Source: Candidatus Omnitrophota bacterium
GTDB lineage: Bacteria; Omnitrophota; Gorgyraeia; Duberdicusellales; 4484-171
Direction of reading: 5' to 3'
Length of the DNA: 64,000 bases
Assembly: GCA_024231025.1 (NCBI GenBank)
Contig: JAAEQW010000327.1
Coordinates: 16,022 to 80,021, forward strand
The position numbers and the translations under genes are program-made. Positions 9,860 to 20,085 of the stretch are shown in pieces. The notes under the pieces were generated by a model. That model was not told where the DNA came from, searched no databases, and saw only the letters and a program-made list of their open reading frames with translations. Numbering within the stretch: the stretch's first letter is position 1; each line of letters begins with the position of its first letter.

Positions 9860-10755
9860 ACTGGTAATTTCACGCTTTCCGTTACAAACTCACCATCGGT
9901 AACGTCAAATGATGGGTAAACTGCGTCGATTGAAGAAAAATCTCCGCCTAAAAACATAAATGTTTCTTTTTTGGGGCGCTCCTCAATCACAACATTATTA
10001 ATGTCGATATCCCGTGGATACTGCGTTAGGGGATAAAACGCAATGCCAAAATGTTTTGCTAAACATGCCAAAGAATATGTTCCCAATTTATTTATTATTC
10101 CACCGCTTGCTGCAGCACGATCGGCACCGCTAATAACGCAATTAACCAGCCCCTTTTTCATAACTACTGCTGCCTGGTTATCACAAAGAACCTTAGTTGG
10201 AATTTTATTACGCTGCAACTCCCAAAATGTAAGACGACTGCCCTGTAGATACGGCCTAGTCTCACACACATAAAAAGTTCCCGCCTTGCCTAGTCTTTCT
10301 AATTCTTGATAAAGATATATCAGCTCTCCGTTAACATTACATATTGTTAAAATGTTTGCTGGAGTTGGTAATATTGACGCTAAATAACTTGCCCTTTTGC
10401 GCCGAGCATTATCAAACATCTTCACAAAACCAAAAGCCGCATCGCTAACAGTAAATCCATTTCCAATTTGATACTTGATCATTTCGGCCATCATTGGAAA
10501 ATCAAAAGTAGGGCGCAACGCACTAAACCTCTTACAAATATCATCGACTGTTCCTTCTTTATGAAAAAAAACACAGGAATAAAAAAATAACAAAACTTGC
10601 CCCAAAGCCCTGGTCTTCATCTGCCCCAAAACAAAAAGAGCGTCATCCAAATTTTTTACATCGATATATTCTTCCTTAAAAGGAATCAGCGTTTCATCAA
10701 GCACCAAAAGCGCTTTTCCCTTTATTCTAACTGGAAATAGAAGTGGACTATCCAT
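9856..10755 (-). CDS. Methylthioribose-1-phosphate isomerase-like protein (eIF-2B family)
   Basis: LTICN, ETRPYLQGSRLT.WEL, GADR, NKLGTY, IEERP and PSFDVT motifs; the N-terminal half is divergent. Confidence 0.8.
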   Translation of the reverse strand: MDSPLLFPVRIKGKALLVLDETLIPFKEEYIDVKNLDDALFVLGQMKTRALGQVLLFFYSCVFFHKEGTVDDICKRFSALRPTFDFPMMAEMIKYQIGNGFTVSDAAFGFVKMFDNARRKRASYLASILPTPANILTICNVNGELIYLYQELERLGKAGTFYVCETRPYLQGSRLTFWELQRNKIPTKVLCDNQAAVVMKKGLVNCVISGADRAAASGGIINKLGTYSLACLAKHFGIAFYPLTQYPRDIDINNVVIEERPKKETFMFLGGDFSSIDAVYPSFDVTDGEFVTESVKLPV

Positions 10756-10759
10756 GAAA

Positions 10760-10794
10760 AAGTCGTAAGTTATAAGTCGTAAGTCGTAAGTTAT
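10760..10794. repeat. Heptamer tandem repeat, 5 units of AAGTCGT/AAGTTAT
   Basis: aagtcgt aagttat aagtcgt aagtcgt aagttat in the intergenic gap. Confidence 0.8.
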
Positions 10795-10832
10795 TGACTT
10801 TGACTATTTGAAAAAATAAATATATTTGCATA

Positions 10833-11702
10833 TTAACTAAAAAGATTTAAGAAATTTTTGCTGGTTATCTTTTCTTTTAAATCATCCCCTAACTCATCAA
10901 GCATCGCGATATTGCTGCTGATATCGCCACATACCGGATAATCTGAGCCCCACAACACCTTGTCTTGACCGAATAAATCTATTGCCTGATTAATATTACT
11001 TAATGGTGACCCGGATGTATCTACATATACGCCTTTCAAAATATTAGACGGATCATCACCCAAATCTTTGACCATGCCTCGCGCTCTTAGCATAGTATAC
11101 ACTCTATCAAGACGATCTTTCAAAAAAGGCACAATACCTGCCAAGGAAGAGAAAATAAATTTAGCACCACTGCTTAAGATTCCTTCGGTCATTAAAATCC
11201 CCAGACACATCGAAACGTCAAAGCTGTATTCCAACACCGGCATAAGCAATGGGTCCTTAACTCTTTCAAAGCCAATTGGATTAATCGTTTGCGGATGGAC
11301 AAAAATAACCAAATTATTTTCCTGCGCAGATTGCGCCAATAAAGCTATTTTCTCAGTTAAAAATTTACCACCCTCAGAAGACGCAATGCTCACCGCGCTA
11401 AAGCGCTGCTCTCTAATTTGTTTTATCTGTGCTGGTATGTCGCTATCGAAATCGACAATACCCGCACCAATTATTTTTTTATTTTTGGTAATAATTTTAG
11501 AAATTTCGCTATTATAAAGGTCGCACACTCGTCTGGCTCCTAAGCTGGTTGCGGCATCGGTCGAAGGATAAACTAAAAAAGCTTTATCAACGCTATCAAG
11601 ATAAGACAAAAGCTTATCCTCATCAGACCAAACTCCTTTATAAAATAAAGTGGCTTCGGATATTTTAGGCGGAATGAAATGAATATGACTATCACAAATC
11701 AT
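10833..11702 (-). CDS. Amidohydrolase_2 family protein (ACMSD-like decarboxylase/hydrolase)
   Basis: DSHIH, FVHP, YVDT and WGSDYP motifs; likely start is the ATG at 11702. Confidence 0.8.
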   Translation of the reverse strand: MICDSHIHFIPPKISEATLFYKGVWSDEDKLLSYLDSVDKAFLVYPSTDAATSLGARRVCDLYNSEISKIITKNKKIIGAGIVDFDSDIPAQIKQIREQRFSAVSIASSEGGKFLTEKIALLAQSAQENNLVIFVHPQTINPIGFERVKDPLLMPVLEYSFDVSMCLGILMTEGILSSGAKFIFSSLAGIVPFLKDRLDRVYTMLRARGMVKDLGDDPSNILKGVYVDTSGSPLSNINQAIDLFGQDKVLWGSDYPVCGDISSNIAMLDELGDDLKEKITSKNFLNLFS

Positions 11703-13581
11703 AGCTACACCCCTCATCCAATTTTAATCTCTCTATTGTTTCAGACAAAACCTCACCTTGGTTAGTCCAACCACGCTTAAGATAATACGCCTCTAGGAGA
11801 TTGTCGTATTTTTGCCTGTCTAATTTCATTTCCTTATCCTCTTTGCGCACTCCTGCGGTTTCCTTTAATGGCTCAAATGTTTTTTGAGGAGGATAGTCGT
11901 CTTTCCTAGTTATGCCTTCGCGCTGCAAATAAAGTCTTTCTATATTAATAAGCCTTTCTCCTATCTCTTTTAGCTCCTCTTGGGAAAACTTCTCTCCGTA
12001 TGCTGTTTCTATTATCCGAGAAAAAATAGAAAAAGTTATCCCCGGAGGCAACGAATGAAAACCCATGAATTTACATAATCCTAGCATATCAAACATCGCT
12101 AAATAATGCTCCCACCATAAAACAACAATCTCTTTATCTTTATAGGATAAGGCATCGGAATCTACATCTTTTCCATAAACTTCTTTCAAGTCTTTGGTCG
12201 GAAATTCAAAAGCTACCCAAATTGGCCTGCTACGTAAATGATCTGAACCACGAGAAGCTACCGAGTTACTTAAAGCAAAGGCCGGCAAGCAACGCAAATC
12301 TGCTGGTTCTGATTGCACTATTTTTTTACTCCAGCAAAGGTATTGCTCTGACGCTTTCGGCATTTGCTTTAACATATTACGCGGACCAATTGCTATAAAA
12401 TCACCTAGACCGCGTCGATACGCAATATCCTGAATTAAGGAATAAACTAACTCTTGAGAAGACCACTTAAGTTCCTTTCCCTGAGTAAATTTATCGTCTA
12501 TCACCTTATCCTGGTAAAGATCAATCAACCAAGCAATAATATTTGCCGCCGAAGAGGCATCTAGCCCTAGCCGATTCACTAAATCATTGAGCACCAAGCA
12601 GTCTTCTATTCTATTCATGCCTAGCACTGGTCCAAAATGAGCTAAAACACCGTATTCCGGCCCCTCGTTTTTTATTCCTTTGTACTCATAAACATAGTGG
12701 CAGGCAATCACGCAATTCTGACAACCTGCTTTTTTGGTATGAAATTTCTTTAATTCTTCAATATTTATATTTTCATTATTAGTAAAAGCCAAGGTTCTAC
12801 CGTTTTTCACTCTCCCCATGCCTATACTTTCATTAACGATTTCAAAAAGATGACTCGAGCCATATTTTTTAAGCCGATCAGTTAAAAATTCTTTCTGCAG
12901 AAATTGGTTTACTTCTCGCAGGCAATTAGCAAACTCCTGGCTTTGTTCTGGCTCTAAATCCTGCTCACTCACGCAAGAAACAATTGCCTTAACGTTTTTC
13001 GATCCCATAACTGCGCCCATACCGCAACGAGCGGCGGCGTTTTTACGGCGGTTTATAATGCAGGCAAAAACAACCTGGCGCTCTCCGGCCGGACCGATAC
13101 AAAGGGTTTCACTCCCAGGATATTTTTCACAAATTTCACTTTGAGTGTCTTGCGTATCTTTACCCCAAAGATGGTCGGCATCTTCTATGCTTACTTTACC
13201 TTTATTAATAACCACCATCTTTGGAGATTTAGCCTTGTTTTTTAGGATAATGTAACCAAATCCTTGCTTTCTAAGGCTTACACCAAATCCTCCGCCAATG
13301 TTGGCATCACCTAAAATTGCCGACTCCGGTGATTTAGCAGTAATTGTCGTACGAGAGAAATTAAGACCCTTGAGCCCGGTAAGTAATCCTGTTCCAACAA
13401 TAAGAACGTTATCCTTACCTAGGGGGTCGGTAGATGCATCGGTGTATTGATAAAGCAAATAGGAATTAACTCCCCTGGCTCCTAGGTATTTTTTAATGAG
13501 CTCCGGCGCCAAGGCTTTAATCTCTATCTTTTCAGTTTCAAGATCAACAATAATTATTACGTTGGTTTCTTTAATCTTCAT
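11692..13581 (-). CDS. Aldehyde:ferredoxin oxidoreductase family (W/Mo-pterin)
   Basis: YLGARG, AKSP, CIGPAGE, AARCGMGAVMGSKNVKAI, C..C...C, EGPEY, GLD and RGSDH motifs. Confidence 0.9.
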   Translation of the reverse strand: MKIKETNVIIIVDLETEKIEIKALAPELIKKYLGARGVNSYLLYQYTDASTDPLGKDNVLIVGTGLLTGLKGLNFSRTTITAKSPESAILGDANIGGGFGVSLRKQGFGYIILKNKAKSPKMVVINKGKVSIEDADHLWGKDTQDTQSEICEKYPGSETLCIGPAGERQVVFACIINRRKNAAARCGMGAVMGSKNVKAIVSCVSEQDLEPEQSQEFANCLREVNQFLQKEFLTDRLKKYGSSHLFEIVNESIGMGRVKNGRTLAFTNNENINIEELKKFHTKKAGCQNCVIACHYVYEYKGIKNEGPEYGVLAHFGPVLGMNRIEDCLVLNDLVNRLGLDASSAANIIAWLIDLYQDKVIDDKFTQGKELKWSSQELVYSLIQDIAYRRGLGDFIAIGPRNMLKQMPKASEQYLCWSKKIVQSEPADLRCLPAFALSNSVASRGSDHLRSRPIWVAFEFPTKDLKEVYGKDVDSDALSYKDKEIVVLWWEHYLAMFDMLGLCKFMGFHSLPPGITFSIFSRIIETAYGEKFSQEELKEIGERLINIERLYLQREGITRKDDYPPQKTFEPLKETAGVRKEDKEMKLDRQKYDNLLEAYYLKRGWTNQGEVLSETIERLKLDEGCSYDL

Positions 13582-15298
13582 CTACGTATTTTGTGTAATC
13601 GAGCTCTGCTTCTTTTAAAATGGTTTTCATTAACCCCTTAAAGGCCGCTGGTACTTCCTGAAAAAAAGCTGTTGCCACCTCTTTTTCCGAAACTAGTCCT
13701 TTATTGTTCTCTCTTGCTAGATTTTCGGACTTCGCTTTCACCATTTTTTCAGCTATACGACGATGAAAGAATGGCATCTTAGAAATTGTTAAATCAAACT
13801 TCCCTTGCGCTTGAGCATCCCAAGAAACCTCAACAGTGCTTGGTTTTTGCCGGGTGGCCGCTCGTTCAAATTCGGTTATATTTTCCATAAAATCCTTCAC
13901 GCATAATTTTGCCAACTCGTCATAAGGTCCTTGAAAAAGCCGCCCGGTTCTGTGAGGCACCGAGAAAAATTCTCGCATACACCATGCTCCTAGCCGACCA
14001 ACATCATCTATAGATAGGTGATTGGTGGGTATAACCGGATGCTGAAAGTCCCATTCGCGCAGATCTAAAGTTTCTAAATTAATCCAACCGCGATCGATAT
14101 ATTTTTTCCAAAACGGCGATCCAGGAACAGGCGTAAAAAACTGTAAAGCAAAAATATCCGGATCAGCCTCATTGGCAAAATCAAATCTACGCTTTATTTT
14201 GGCCTCATCGTCATCTTCTAAACCAACCATAAACGTTCCTATGCTCATTATCCCGTGCTTACGTAAAATTTCGATTGTCTTTACAATCTGATGAGTGCTT
14301 ACATTCTTGCCTATTTTCCTTAACTCCTCATCGCTGGCAACCTCTACCCCTAAAAGCCCCATAAACATACCGGCCTCTTTCATTAAAGGGATAAGCTCAA
14401 GCTGATTTACCCAATCGTCCGCACGGCCTAAAATAACCCATTTCATGTCAATCTTTCTATCTATCATTCCTCTGCAAACTTCTTCAACTATTTTTTTGTT
14501 AACGTTAAACGCGTCATCTTGAAAAACTATAGTTTTGACACCATGTTTTTTGTTTAGCACTTCGAGCTCTTCGAGAATTTTTGGCGCAGATTTTGTTCTC
14601 CAAGATATGAAATCTTTCGGTGAACGAGGATCATATTGCGACCATTCATAGCAGAACACACAACCGCCAGGGCACCCACGAGATACCATCAACTCAGCAA
14701 ACGGTTTCCAATGGCTATGCCCAACGTATTTCTCCATCGGAAACAAATCATAAGCCGGTGTGGGCAATACATCAAGATTCTGAATCAAATTTCTATGCGG
14801 TCCGATAACTGCCTTACCAGCTTTATTGGAAGCTAAGCCCGCGACCTCAGAAAAATCGGTTTCTCCTTCTTTTAGTTTGATCAAAAGTTCTTCTAAGGTT
14901 AGTTCGGCCTCGCCAATAATAACAAAATCTATATCGGGATTGCGCTCCAAAGTATCTTCCCAAAGGGCAGAAAACCACAATCCCCCTACAACGATTTTTG
15001 TTTGTGGTAAAACCTTCTTTATTTCCTTTGCGGCATTGCAAAAATACCAAATCGGAGCAAATCCACCAGTAGAATGAAGAATTTCACCTAGAAAAATAAC
15101 ATCAGGGTTAATTTGTTTTATCTGCTCTATCATCTCAGAAAATTCTATTTTATCTGGACGAGCATCTATAGCAAAGGGTTCTGCTACCCTCTTCTCTCTG
15201 ATATACGCGATCAGTTGAGCATGAAACTGATTAGGCGCACAATGATTACCATGAGTAACCCAAGCACCTAAGGGTGGATTAATAAATGCTATTTTCAT
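13571..15298 (-). CDS. B12-binding radical SAM protein (class B methyltransferase-like) with a C-terminal PCP_red/DUF2621-like domain
   Basis: N-terminal cobalamin-binding region (VVGG..., IGEAE), SRGCPGGCVFC CxxxCxxC, FQDDAF and FTPVPGSP. Confidence 0.9.
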   Translation of the reverse strand: MKIAFINPPLGAWVTHGNHCAPNQFHAQLIAYIREKRVAEPFAIDARPDKIEFSEMIEQIKQINPDVIFLGEILHSTGGFAPIWYFCNAAKEIKKVLPQTKIVVGGLWFSALWEDTLERNPDIDFVIIGEAELTLEELLIKLKEGETDFSEVAGLASNKAGKAVIGPHRNLIQNLDVLPTPAYDLFPMEKYVGHSHWKPFAELMVSRGCPGGCVFCYEWSQYDPRSPKDFISWRTKSAPKILEELEVLNKKHGVKTIVFQDDAFNVNKKIVEEVCRGMIDRKIDMKWVILGRADDWVNQLELIPLMKEAGMFMGLLGVEVASDEELRKIGKNVSTHQIVKTIEILRKHGIMSIGTFMVGLEDDDEAKIKRRFDFANEADPDIFALQFFTPVPGSPFWKKYIDRGWINLETLDLREWDFQHPVIPTNHLSIDDVGRLGAWCMREFFSVPHRTGRLFQGPYDELAKLCVKDFMENITEFERAATRQKPSTVEVSWDAQAQGKFDLTISKMPFFHRRIAEKMVKAKSENLARENNKGLVSEKEVATAFFQEVPAAFKGLMKTILKEAELDYTKYVDED

Positions 15299-15312
15299 AT
15301 AACTGCCTCCTA

Positions 15313-16080
15313 CTACTTAACTGGGTGAGCTTGTTTAAATGGAATTACTGGTTTTGTCCATGGAGTTTGCTGATTTATTACCGCAAGCTCCAACGGATTA
15401 ACGTTACCTGTTTGACTAAGCGCAAACATTACTGTATCTGTTATCGCATCCGGCTCCATTAATAAATTGCTATCTACCGAAACATCCTTAAGCTTTCCGG
15501 TTAATGGCGTGCGAGTTACTCCTGGAAAAATTGAAGTAACTTTTATCCCGAAATCACGCATTTCCCAGAAAAGCCCCTTTGCAAAGGCACGCAAAGCAAC
15601 CTTTAATGACGTATATACTATAAAATTACGCGGCGGTGGATCAACCATTACCGAACCACTGGTTATATTAACAATGTGCCCACTACCTTGCTCTTTCATC
15701 TGATTTACAACAAGACGTGCCAGCATGACATAGCTATAATAGTTTGTATACATTACCTTTTCGATATCCTCTAGCGGTTGTTGCCAAAATGGATGCTGAC
15801 TAGATACACCGGCGCCGTTAATTAATATATCGATTTTGCCAAACTTGTTGATTGTCTCATTAACTACATTTTCCAAATCATCCTTTTTGGTAACATCGCA
15901 CTTTAAACATAAAATCTGCTCTTTGTTAGGCATATTGGCCTTAAGTTCTTCTAAAACTTGTTGTCGGCGTGCGGCCAAAACCAAACTCGCGCCAGCCTCA
16001 CTTAAACGCTTAACCATTGATTGACCAATTCCACCTGATGCGCCAGTTACAATACAAACTTTGCTTTTCAAATCAACCAT
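15313..16080 (-). CDS. Short-chain dehydrogenase/reductase (putative ketoreductase)
   Basis: TGASGGIG, INGAG and YTSLK (YxxxK) motifs. Confidence 0.9.
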   Translation of the reverse strand: MVDLKSKVCIVTGASGGIGQSMVKRLSEAGASLVLAARRQQVLEELKANMPNKEQILCLKCDVTKKDDLENVVNETINKFGKIDILINGAGVSSQHPFWQQPLEDIEKVMYTNYYSYVMLARLVVNQMKEQGSGHIVNITSGSVMVDPPPRNFIVYTSLKVALRAFAKGLFWEMRDFGIKVTSIFPGVTRTPLTGKLKDVSVDSNLLMEPDAITDTVMFALSQTGNVNPLELAVINQQTPWTKPVIPFKQAHPVK

Positions 16081-17213
16081 TATCTCCCTCCTGATATAAT
16101 TTTTTCTTTTTTTCTCAAAATAAAACCTAACGAAACAATTGCTACAGCAGCAATTAAAAAATGAAATTCGAAACCAAAAACAAAAATAATTTTTCCTCCC
16201 AAAAATGCCCCTAACCCGCCGGCAATGAAGCGTAAAGCGCTGTTAAGACTTGCCGCATCGCGTAAAAATTCATCCGGTAAACTAGTCAAATATGTTGATA
16301 AGCCAACATGATTAAATGCCCAGCCCGCACCCCAAAAAACAATAATAAAAAAAACCGCCTTGCCGGGCTCAAACAATCCCAACAAAAATATAAACAACCC
16401 CATAGAAAATAATCCCCATGATGCTATTTTTAGCGGAGATATTCGCCCGGACAACAAGCCGCCAAAACTTTCAGAAAAAATTGCGACCAAACTTGATATA
16501 GTAAAAACTAGGCTAATCAAAAATTGATTAAACAAGTATCCTTTCGCTAAAAATACCCCTAACCATTGCTGCACGCCATGATAAAAAAAACTTGCCATAA
16601 ATATAAATCCGAATAGGTGCAAAATTTCTTTGTTTTTGAGTGTTTGAAAATAGGTAATTTTAAAAGAGCTTGTATAATTATAAGCTTTTAGCCAATAAGC
16701 TGCCAGGCCTACAGTTACAGTTCCAACAAAAAAAGGAATAAAATAAACTGCCCGCCAAAATAAAAATCCACTACAAAATGTGCCAATCAACCCCGACAAA
16801 AAAGATAGTGAAAAAAGAATGCCAACGTATTTTGGCTTCTTCTTCGTTTTTATTTCTTTGCCGACGATGATCAAGCTTATCGGCACAAAGCACGAACCAA
16901 ACACCCCCATCCCAAAGCGGCCCCAAAAGGCTGCCTGTAAAGTCGGCGCGGTGCTTATTGTAAACGCCGACAACGAAAACAGCGACAACGCAACAAGAAG
17001 TAGTCTCTTAACAGAAAACTTTCTGGTAAGTGGCCCCCAAAAAAGAGCGCACAATCCATACGGAATCATATAAGCCCAAATAAGTTTGCCGGTAGCAATC
17101 GCAGATTGGCCAAAATAATCAGCAATCGCCGGAATAAGCGGCGCAGTCGCCGCTACACTAAAAGATAGTGTTAAAAAAAGTAAACATAAAATAGAAAATG
17201 AACGTTTATCCAT
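16080..17213 (-). CDS. MFS transporter
   Basis: About 12 hydrophobic segments with an MFS-like N-terminus (PLIPAIADYF). Confidence 0.85.
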   Translation of the reverse strand: MDKRSFSILCLLFLTLSFSVAATAPLIPAIADYFGQSAIATGKLIWAYMIPYGLCALFWGPLTRKFSVKRLLLVALSLFSLSAFTISTAPTLQAAFWGRFGMGVFGSCFVPISLIIVGKEIKTKKKPKYVGILFSLSFLSGLIGTFCSGFLFWRAVYFIPFFVGTVTVGLAAYWLKAYNYTSSFKITYFQTLKNKEILHLFGFIFMASFFYHGVQQWLGVFLAKGYLFNQFLISLVFTISSLVAIFSESFGGLLSGRISPLKIASWGLFSMGLFIFLLGLFEPGKAVFFIIVFWGAGWAFNHVGLSTYLTSLPDEFLRDAASLNSALRFIAGGLGAFLGGKIIFVFGFEFHFLIAAVAIVSLGFILRKKEKIISGGR

Positions 17214-17642
17214 TTAGTTTTTCTCGATAATCTCCTTAAATCTCAGAAGATTTGATTTTGAATGCTTATTTATAAGATCTTGAACTTGATCATCATTAAA
17301 TTTTGCGCCTTTATCCATTTTGAAATCCTGGATCCAGGTCATCTCGATGCCGCCTTCGACCTCTCTATAGAGCCATACAATCTTCATATATTCAAAAGGA
17401 AACATTGGATCCATTCTTGACGCATAGGCAAATTTATCTTCTTTAAAAAGAAGACGATAGGATTGCCAGCTATTGCCATTTTGATGAGTTAGTTTAAAAA
17501 CAATTTTGTTATCTTTTTTTTCGACTACATCCGATTCAGTATACTCAGTAAAAAATTCTTTCCAGAGACTAATATCATTACTCATATCAAAAACCTTATC
17601 GTACGTTGCATTAATCACAATCGAGTTTGCTGTGTGCGCCAT
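17214..17642 (-). CDS. TcmN/WhiE-type polyketide aromatase/cyclase (SRPBCC fold)
   Basis: HTANSIVINA..VF...ND...W...FTEY, SWQSYR, PFEYMKIVW.Y and EMTWIQDF.M closely follow the TcmN N-terminal ARO/CYC sequence as I recall it. Confidence 0.85.
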   Translation of the reverse strand: MAHTANSIVINATYDKVFDMSNDISLWKEFFTEYTESDVVEKKDNKIVFKLTHQNGNSWQSYRLLFKEDKFAYASRMDPMFPFEYMKIVWLYREVEGGIEMTWIQDFKMDKGAKFNDDQVQDLINKHSKSNLLRFKEIIEKN

Positions 17643-17658
17643 TTAGACCTCCTTATGT

Positions 17659-17692
17659 TAGACCAAAGACCATAGACCAAAGACTATAGACC
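17659..17692. repeat. Heptamer tandem repeat, ~5 units of (T/A)AGAC(C/T)A
   Basis: tagacca aagacca tagacca aagacta tagacc. Confidence 0.75.
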
Positions 17693-17762
17693 TTTGGAGG
17701 GATTCCTTTATTATTGATACGCCTTTATGTTATTAGAATTTCTCATATTCATCTTTTGTCTT

Positions 17763-18614
17763 CTATCTTCGATCGGAGTTTGTCCCGCCTTTGGCGGGAG
17801 CCTCTGATCCAACCAAAGCTACAACTCTTGCCCAAGCTGCACCGGTTCGTTTTATTTTTACAGGAAAGCACATAATTTTAAATCCATAATCTGGTAGGCT
17901 GCTTAAGTTAGCTAATCTTTCAATGTGAATAAATTCTCGTTTGCGTCCATGAAAATGTGCTGGCCAAAGCGCACATGCATTACCAGTGTCTAGAAATTCC
18001 TTCATCATAAATCGATAGGGCCGATCGATCCCCATTGTATCTACGCCGAATATTTTAATTCCCCGATCCAGTAAATAATCTATTGCTGTGGGATCAACCC
18101 CAGGATAATGCGTGAAATATTTTTGCGTTGTGAATAGCTTGTCGCTACCAGTATAGAATAAAACAATATCATTTGGTTTTAGTTGATAATTAATCTTCTC
18201 CAGTGCTGTTTCAACATCTTTAGCACTTATAAATTCATCAGGTTTTTTGGCACAAAAATCAAGTTTTACTCCGTTTTGATAACATAGCCAAAGCGGAATG
18301 TCTTCTGCCGGTTTGGAATCTCTGCCTTCGCACTTGCTCCCATAATGATAAGAATAGTCAAGATGTGTTCCGCTGTGAACCGAAGAATAAACCATTTCTA
18401 AAGATAAGAACTCTTCTTCGGGCAAATCTTCTTTTTTCACGATTCTCTTGCCTAATAAATATTTTAATTTACCAAAAGGTTGCCGACTCAACATCACCTG
18501 GTTAAGTTTTTCAACTCCTTGGGCATGCGTTGTTCGTTCAATCCGAAGAGGGTGAACTTCATAGGCCTCGTCGTCGATTGGCAAACTTAGATCAACTATC
18601 TGCTGATTATCCAT
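17763..18614 (-). CDS. Polyketide cyclase, kynurenine-formamidase-like Cyclase family
   Basis: IVDLS, HSGTHLD..YHYG, GVDT and IERLANL motifs; likely start is MDNQQ at 18614, overlapping the ACP stop. Confidence 0.85.
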   Translation of the reverse strand: MDNQQIVDLSLPIDDEAYEVHPLRIERTTHAQGVEKLNQVMLSRQPFGKLKYLLGKRIVKKEDLPEEEFLSLEMVYSSVHSGTHLDYSYHYGSKCEGRDSKPAEDIPLWLCYQNGVKLDFCAKKPDEFISAKDVETALEKINYQLKPNDIVLFYTGSDKLFTTQKYFTHYPGVDPTAIDYLLDRGIKIFGVDTMGIDRPYRFMMKEFLDTGNACALWPAHFHGRKREFIHIERLANLSSLPDYGFKIMCFPVKIKRTGAAWARVVALVGSEAPAKGGTNSDRR

Positions 18615-18843
18615 TCTTTTTCTTTTCAACAATTTCAATAATTTCGTTTGGCGTATTTTTATTAGTGACTTCACCGGGAGACAAGGTGATTCCGATATGC
18701 TTTCCAATCGCAATCGAGAGCTCAACCATCTCGGTTGAATCAACACCCACGCCATCATACAAACTTACGCCTTCTTTAATTTCATCAGAACCTACATCTA
18801 AAGTTTTCGCTATAAGGTCAATTATCTCTTCCTTCATGCTCAT
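18607..18843 (-). CDS. Acyl carrier protein of the type II PKS
   Basis: 78 aa acidic protein with the GVDSTEMVEL phosphopantetheine Ser motif; GGAGG RBS upstream. Confidence 0.9.
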   Translation of the reverse strand: MSMKEEIIDLIAKTLDVGSDEIKEGVSLYDGVGVDSTEMVELSIAIGKHIGITLSPGEVTNKNTPNEIIEIVEKKKNG

Positions 18844-18852
18844 AAAACCTCC

Positions 18853-20085
18853 TTATTTTTCAATTCCTAAAATTATATTTATCCCGCCCCTGCCTCTTGC
18901 CATAATTAAGGCTCTATTGATTTCTTTTTGTTGCGCTTTATTGGGGGTGCAATCAATTTGACAGCGCGGATCCCTTTCATCAAAATTAATTGTTGGCAAG
19001 ACCAGGTTATTCTTCATTGATAAAAGAGTGGCAATTACATCCAATGCGGTTTGCGCGCCTAATAAATTACCGAACATACTTTTTGGCGCACTCATTGCGA
19101 TATTTTTAAGACTCATGCCAAAAAAATTGTTTAACGCTTGTGCCTCTAAAATATCTCCTGTTTCTGTTGCCTCTCCATCTAAACAAATATAGTCAACATC
19201 GTCTTTTGACCAGGCACAATCTTTCAAGCACTCTTTAATCGCATATTCTAAGCTTTCGGTGTTCATTGAAGGCTTCGCGTAATGCTGCCCATCACAGCTA
19301 AAGCCAATGCCTTTTAAAAATCCAGAAATTTCAACACCTCTTTTCCTTGCATCGCTCTCACGTTCCATTGCAACAATGCCTGATCCTTCACCAATAACAA
19401 ATCCATCACGATATAAATCATACGGCCTGTATGCTTTAGACGGGGTCAAATTGTTCTTTGATAAATCACCCTGAGTATTAGCGCTTAAAAGCGCATACGG
19501 CGTGACAGGGGCCTCCATCCCTCCGGCTAAACAATAATCATTATGCCCATCTTGCAAAACCTTTGCCCCATACCACAAGGCTAGTGCGGACGACGCTCTA
19601 TCAGACACAACTGTTTTGCTGTAGCCCTTTAACCCATAATATATGGTTACTTGCCCCTGCGGTGCAGCAGGAAACCATGCGCTTGCCATATATGGCGATA
19701 TTCCTTCTCTGCCTTCCAAATAAAGATCACGCAATTCAGTTTCAGCAAAAAGCCACCCTCCTAAAGCATTGCCCATAAAAACACCGGCACGATTTTTATC
19801 GATGCTATCTAGCTTTATTTCGGCATCACTTATTGCTTGTTGGCAGGCAACCAATGCCATATGTGAAAAAACATCAATTTTTTTCACAAGCCTGCCAGAA
19901 AGATGTGAATAGGCGTCTAACTGATGTACTTGCCCAGCAATCCGCGATGGATACAACGTCGCATCAAAACGCGTCACTTCATCAACAAAGGAACGCCCTG
20001 ATTTTAAATTTGCCCAGAAAGTCTCCTTCTTTAGTCCTGCGGGAGAGACAACCCCCATGCCTGTTATCGCAATTCTCTCCTTCAT
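18853..20085 (-). CDS. Chain-length factor (KS-beta)
   Basis: KS fold without the catalytic Cys (VVSDRASS), with SAWFPAA..GQ and DGEAT in place of HGT; translationally coupled to KS-alpha. Confidence 0.85.
   Translation of the reverse strand: MKERIAITGMGVVSPAGLKKETFWANLKSGRSFVDEVTRFDATLYPSRIAGQVHQLDAYSHLSGRLVKKIDVFSHMALVACQQAISDAEIKLDSIDKNRAGVFMGNALGGWLFAETELRDLYLEGREGISPYMASAWFPAAPQGQVTIYYGLKGYSKTVVSDRASSALALWYGAKVLQDGHNDYCLAGGMEAPVTPYALLSANTQGDLSKNNLTPSKAYRPYDLYRDGFVIGEGSGIVAMERESDARKRGVEISGFLKGIGFSCDGQHYAKPSMNTESLEYAIKECLKDCAWSKDDVDYICLDGEATETGDILEAQALNNFFGMSLKNIAMSAPKSMFGNLLGAQTALDVIATLLSMKNNLVLPTINFDERDPRCQIDCTPNKAQQKEINRALIMARGRGGINIILGIEK

Noticed and set aside
13571-15298. BchE/chlorophyll biosynthesis reading of the radical SAM and PCP_red-like domains
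   Set aside because: There are no photosynthesis or tetrapyrrole genes nearby; the context is a PKS cluster.
17763-18758. 331-aa version of the cyclase ORF
   Set aside because: The extension overlaps the ACP gene; the ATG at 18614 fits the family start.
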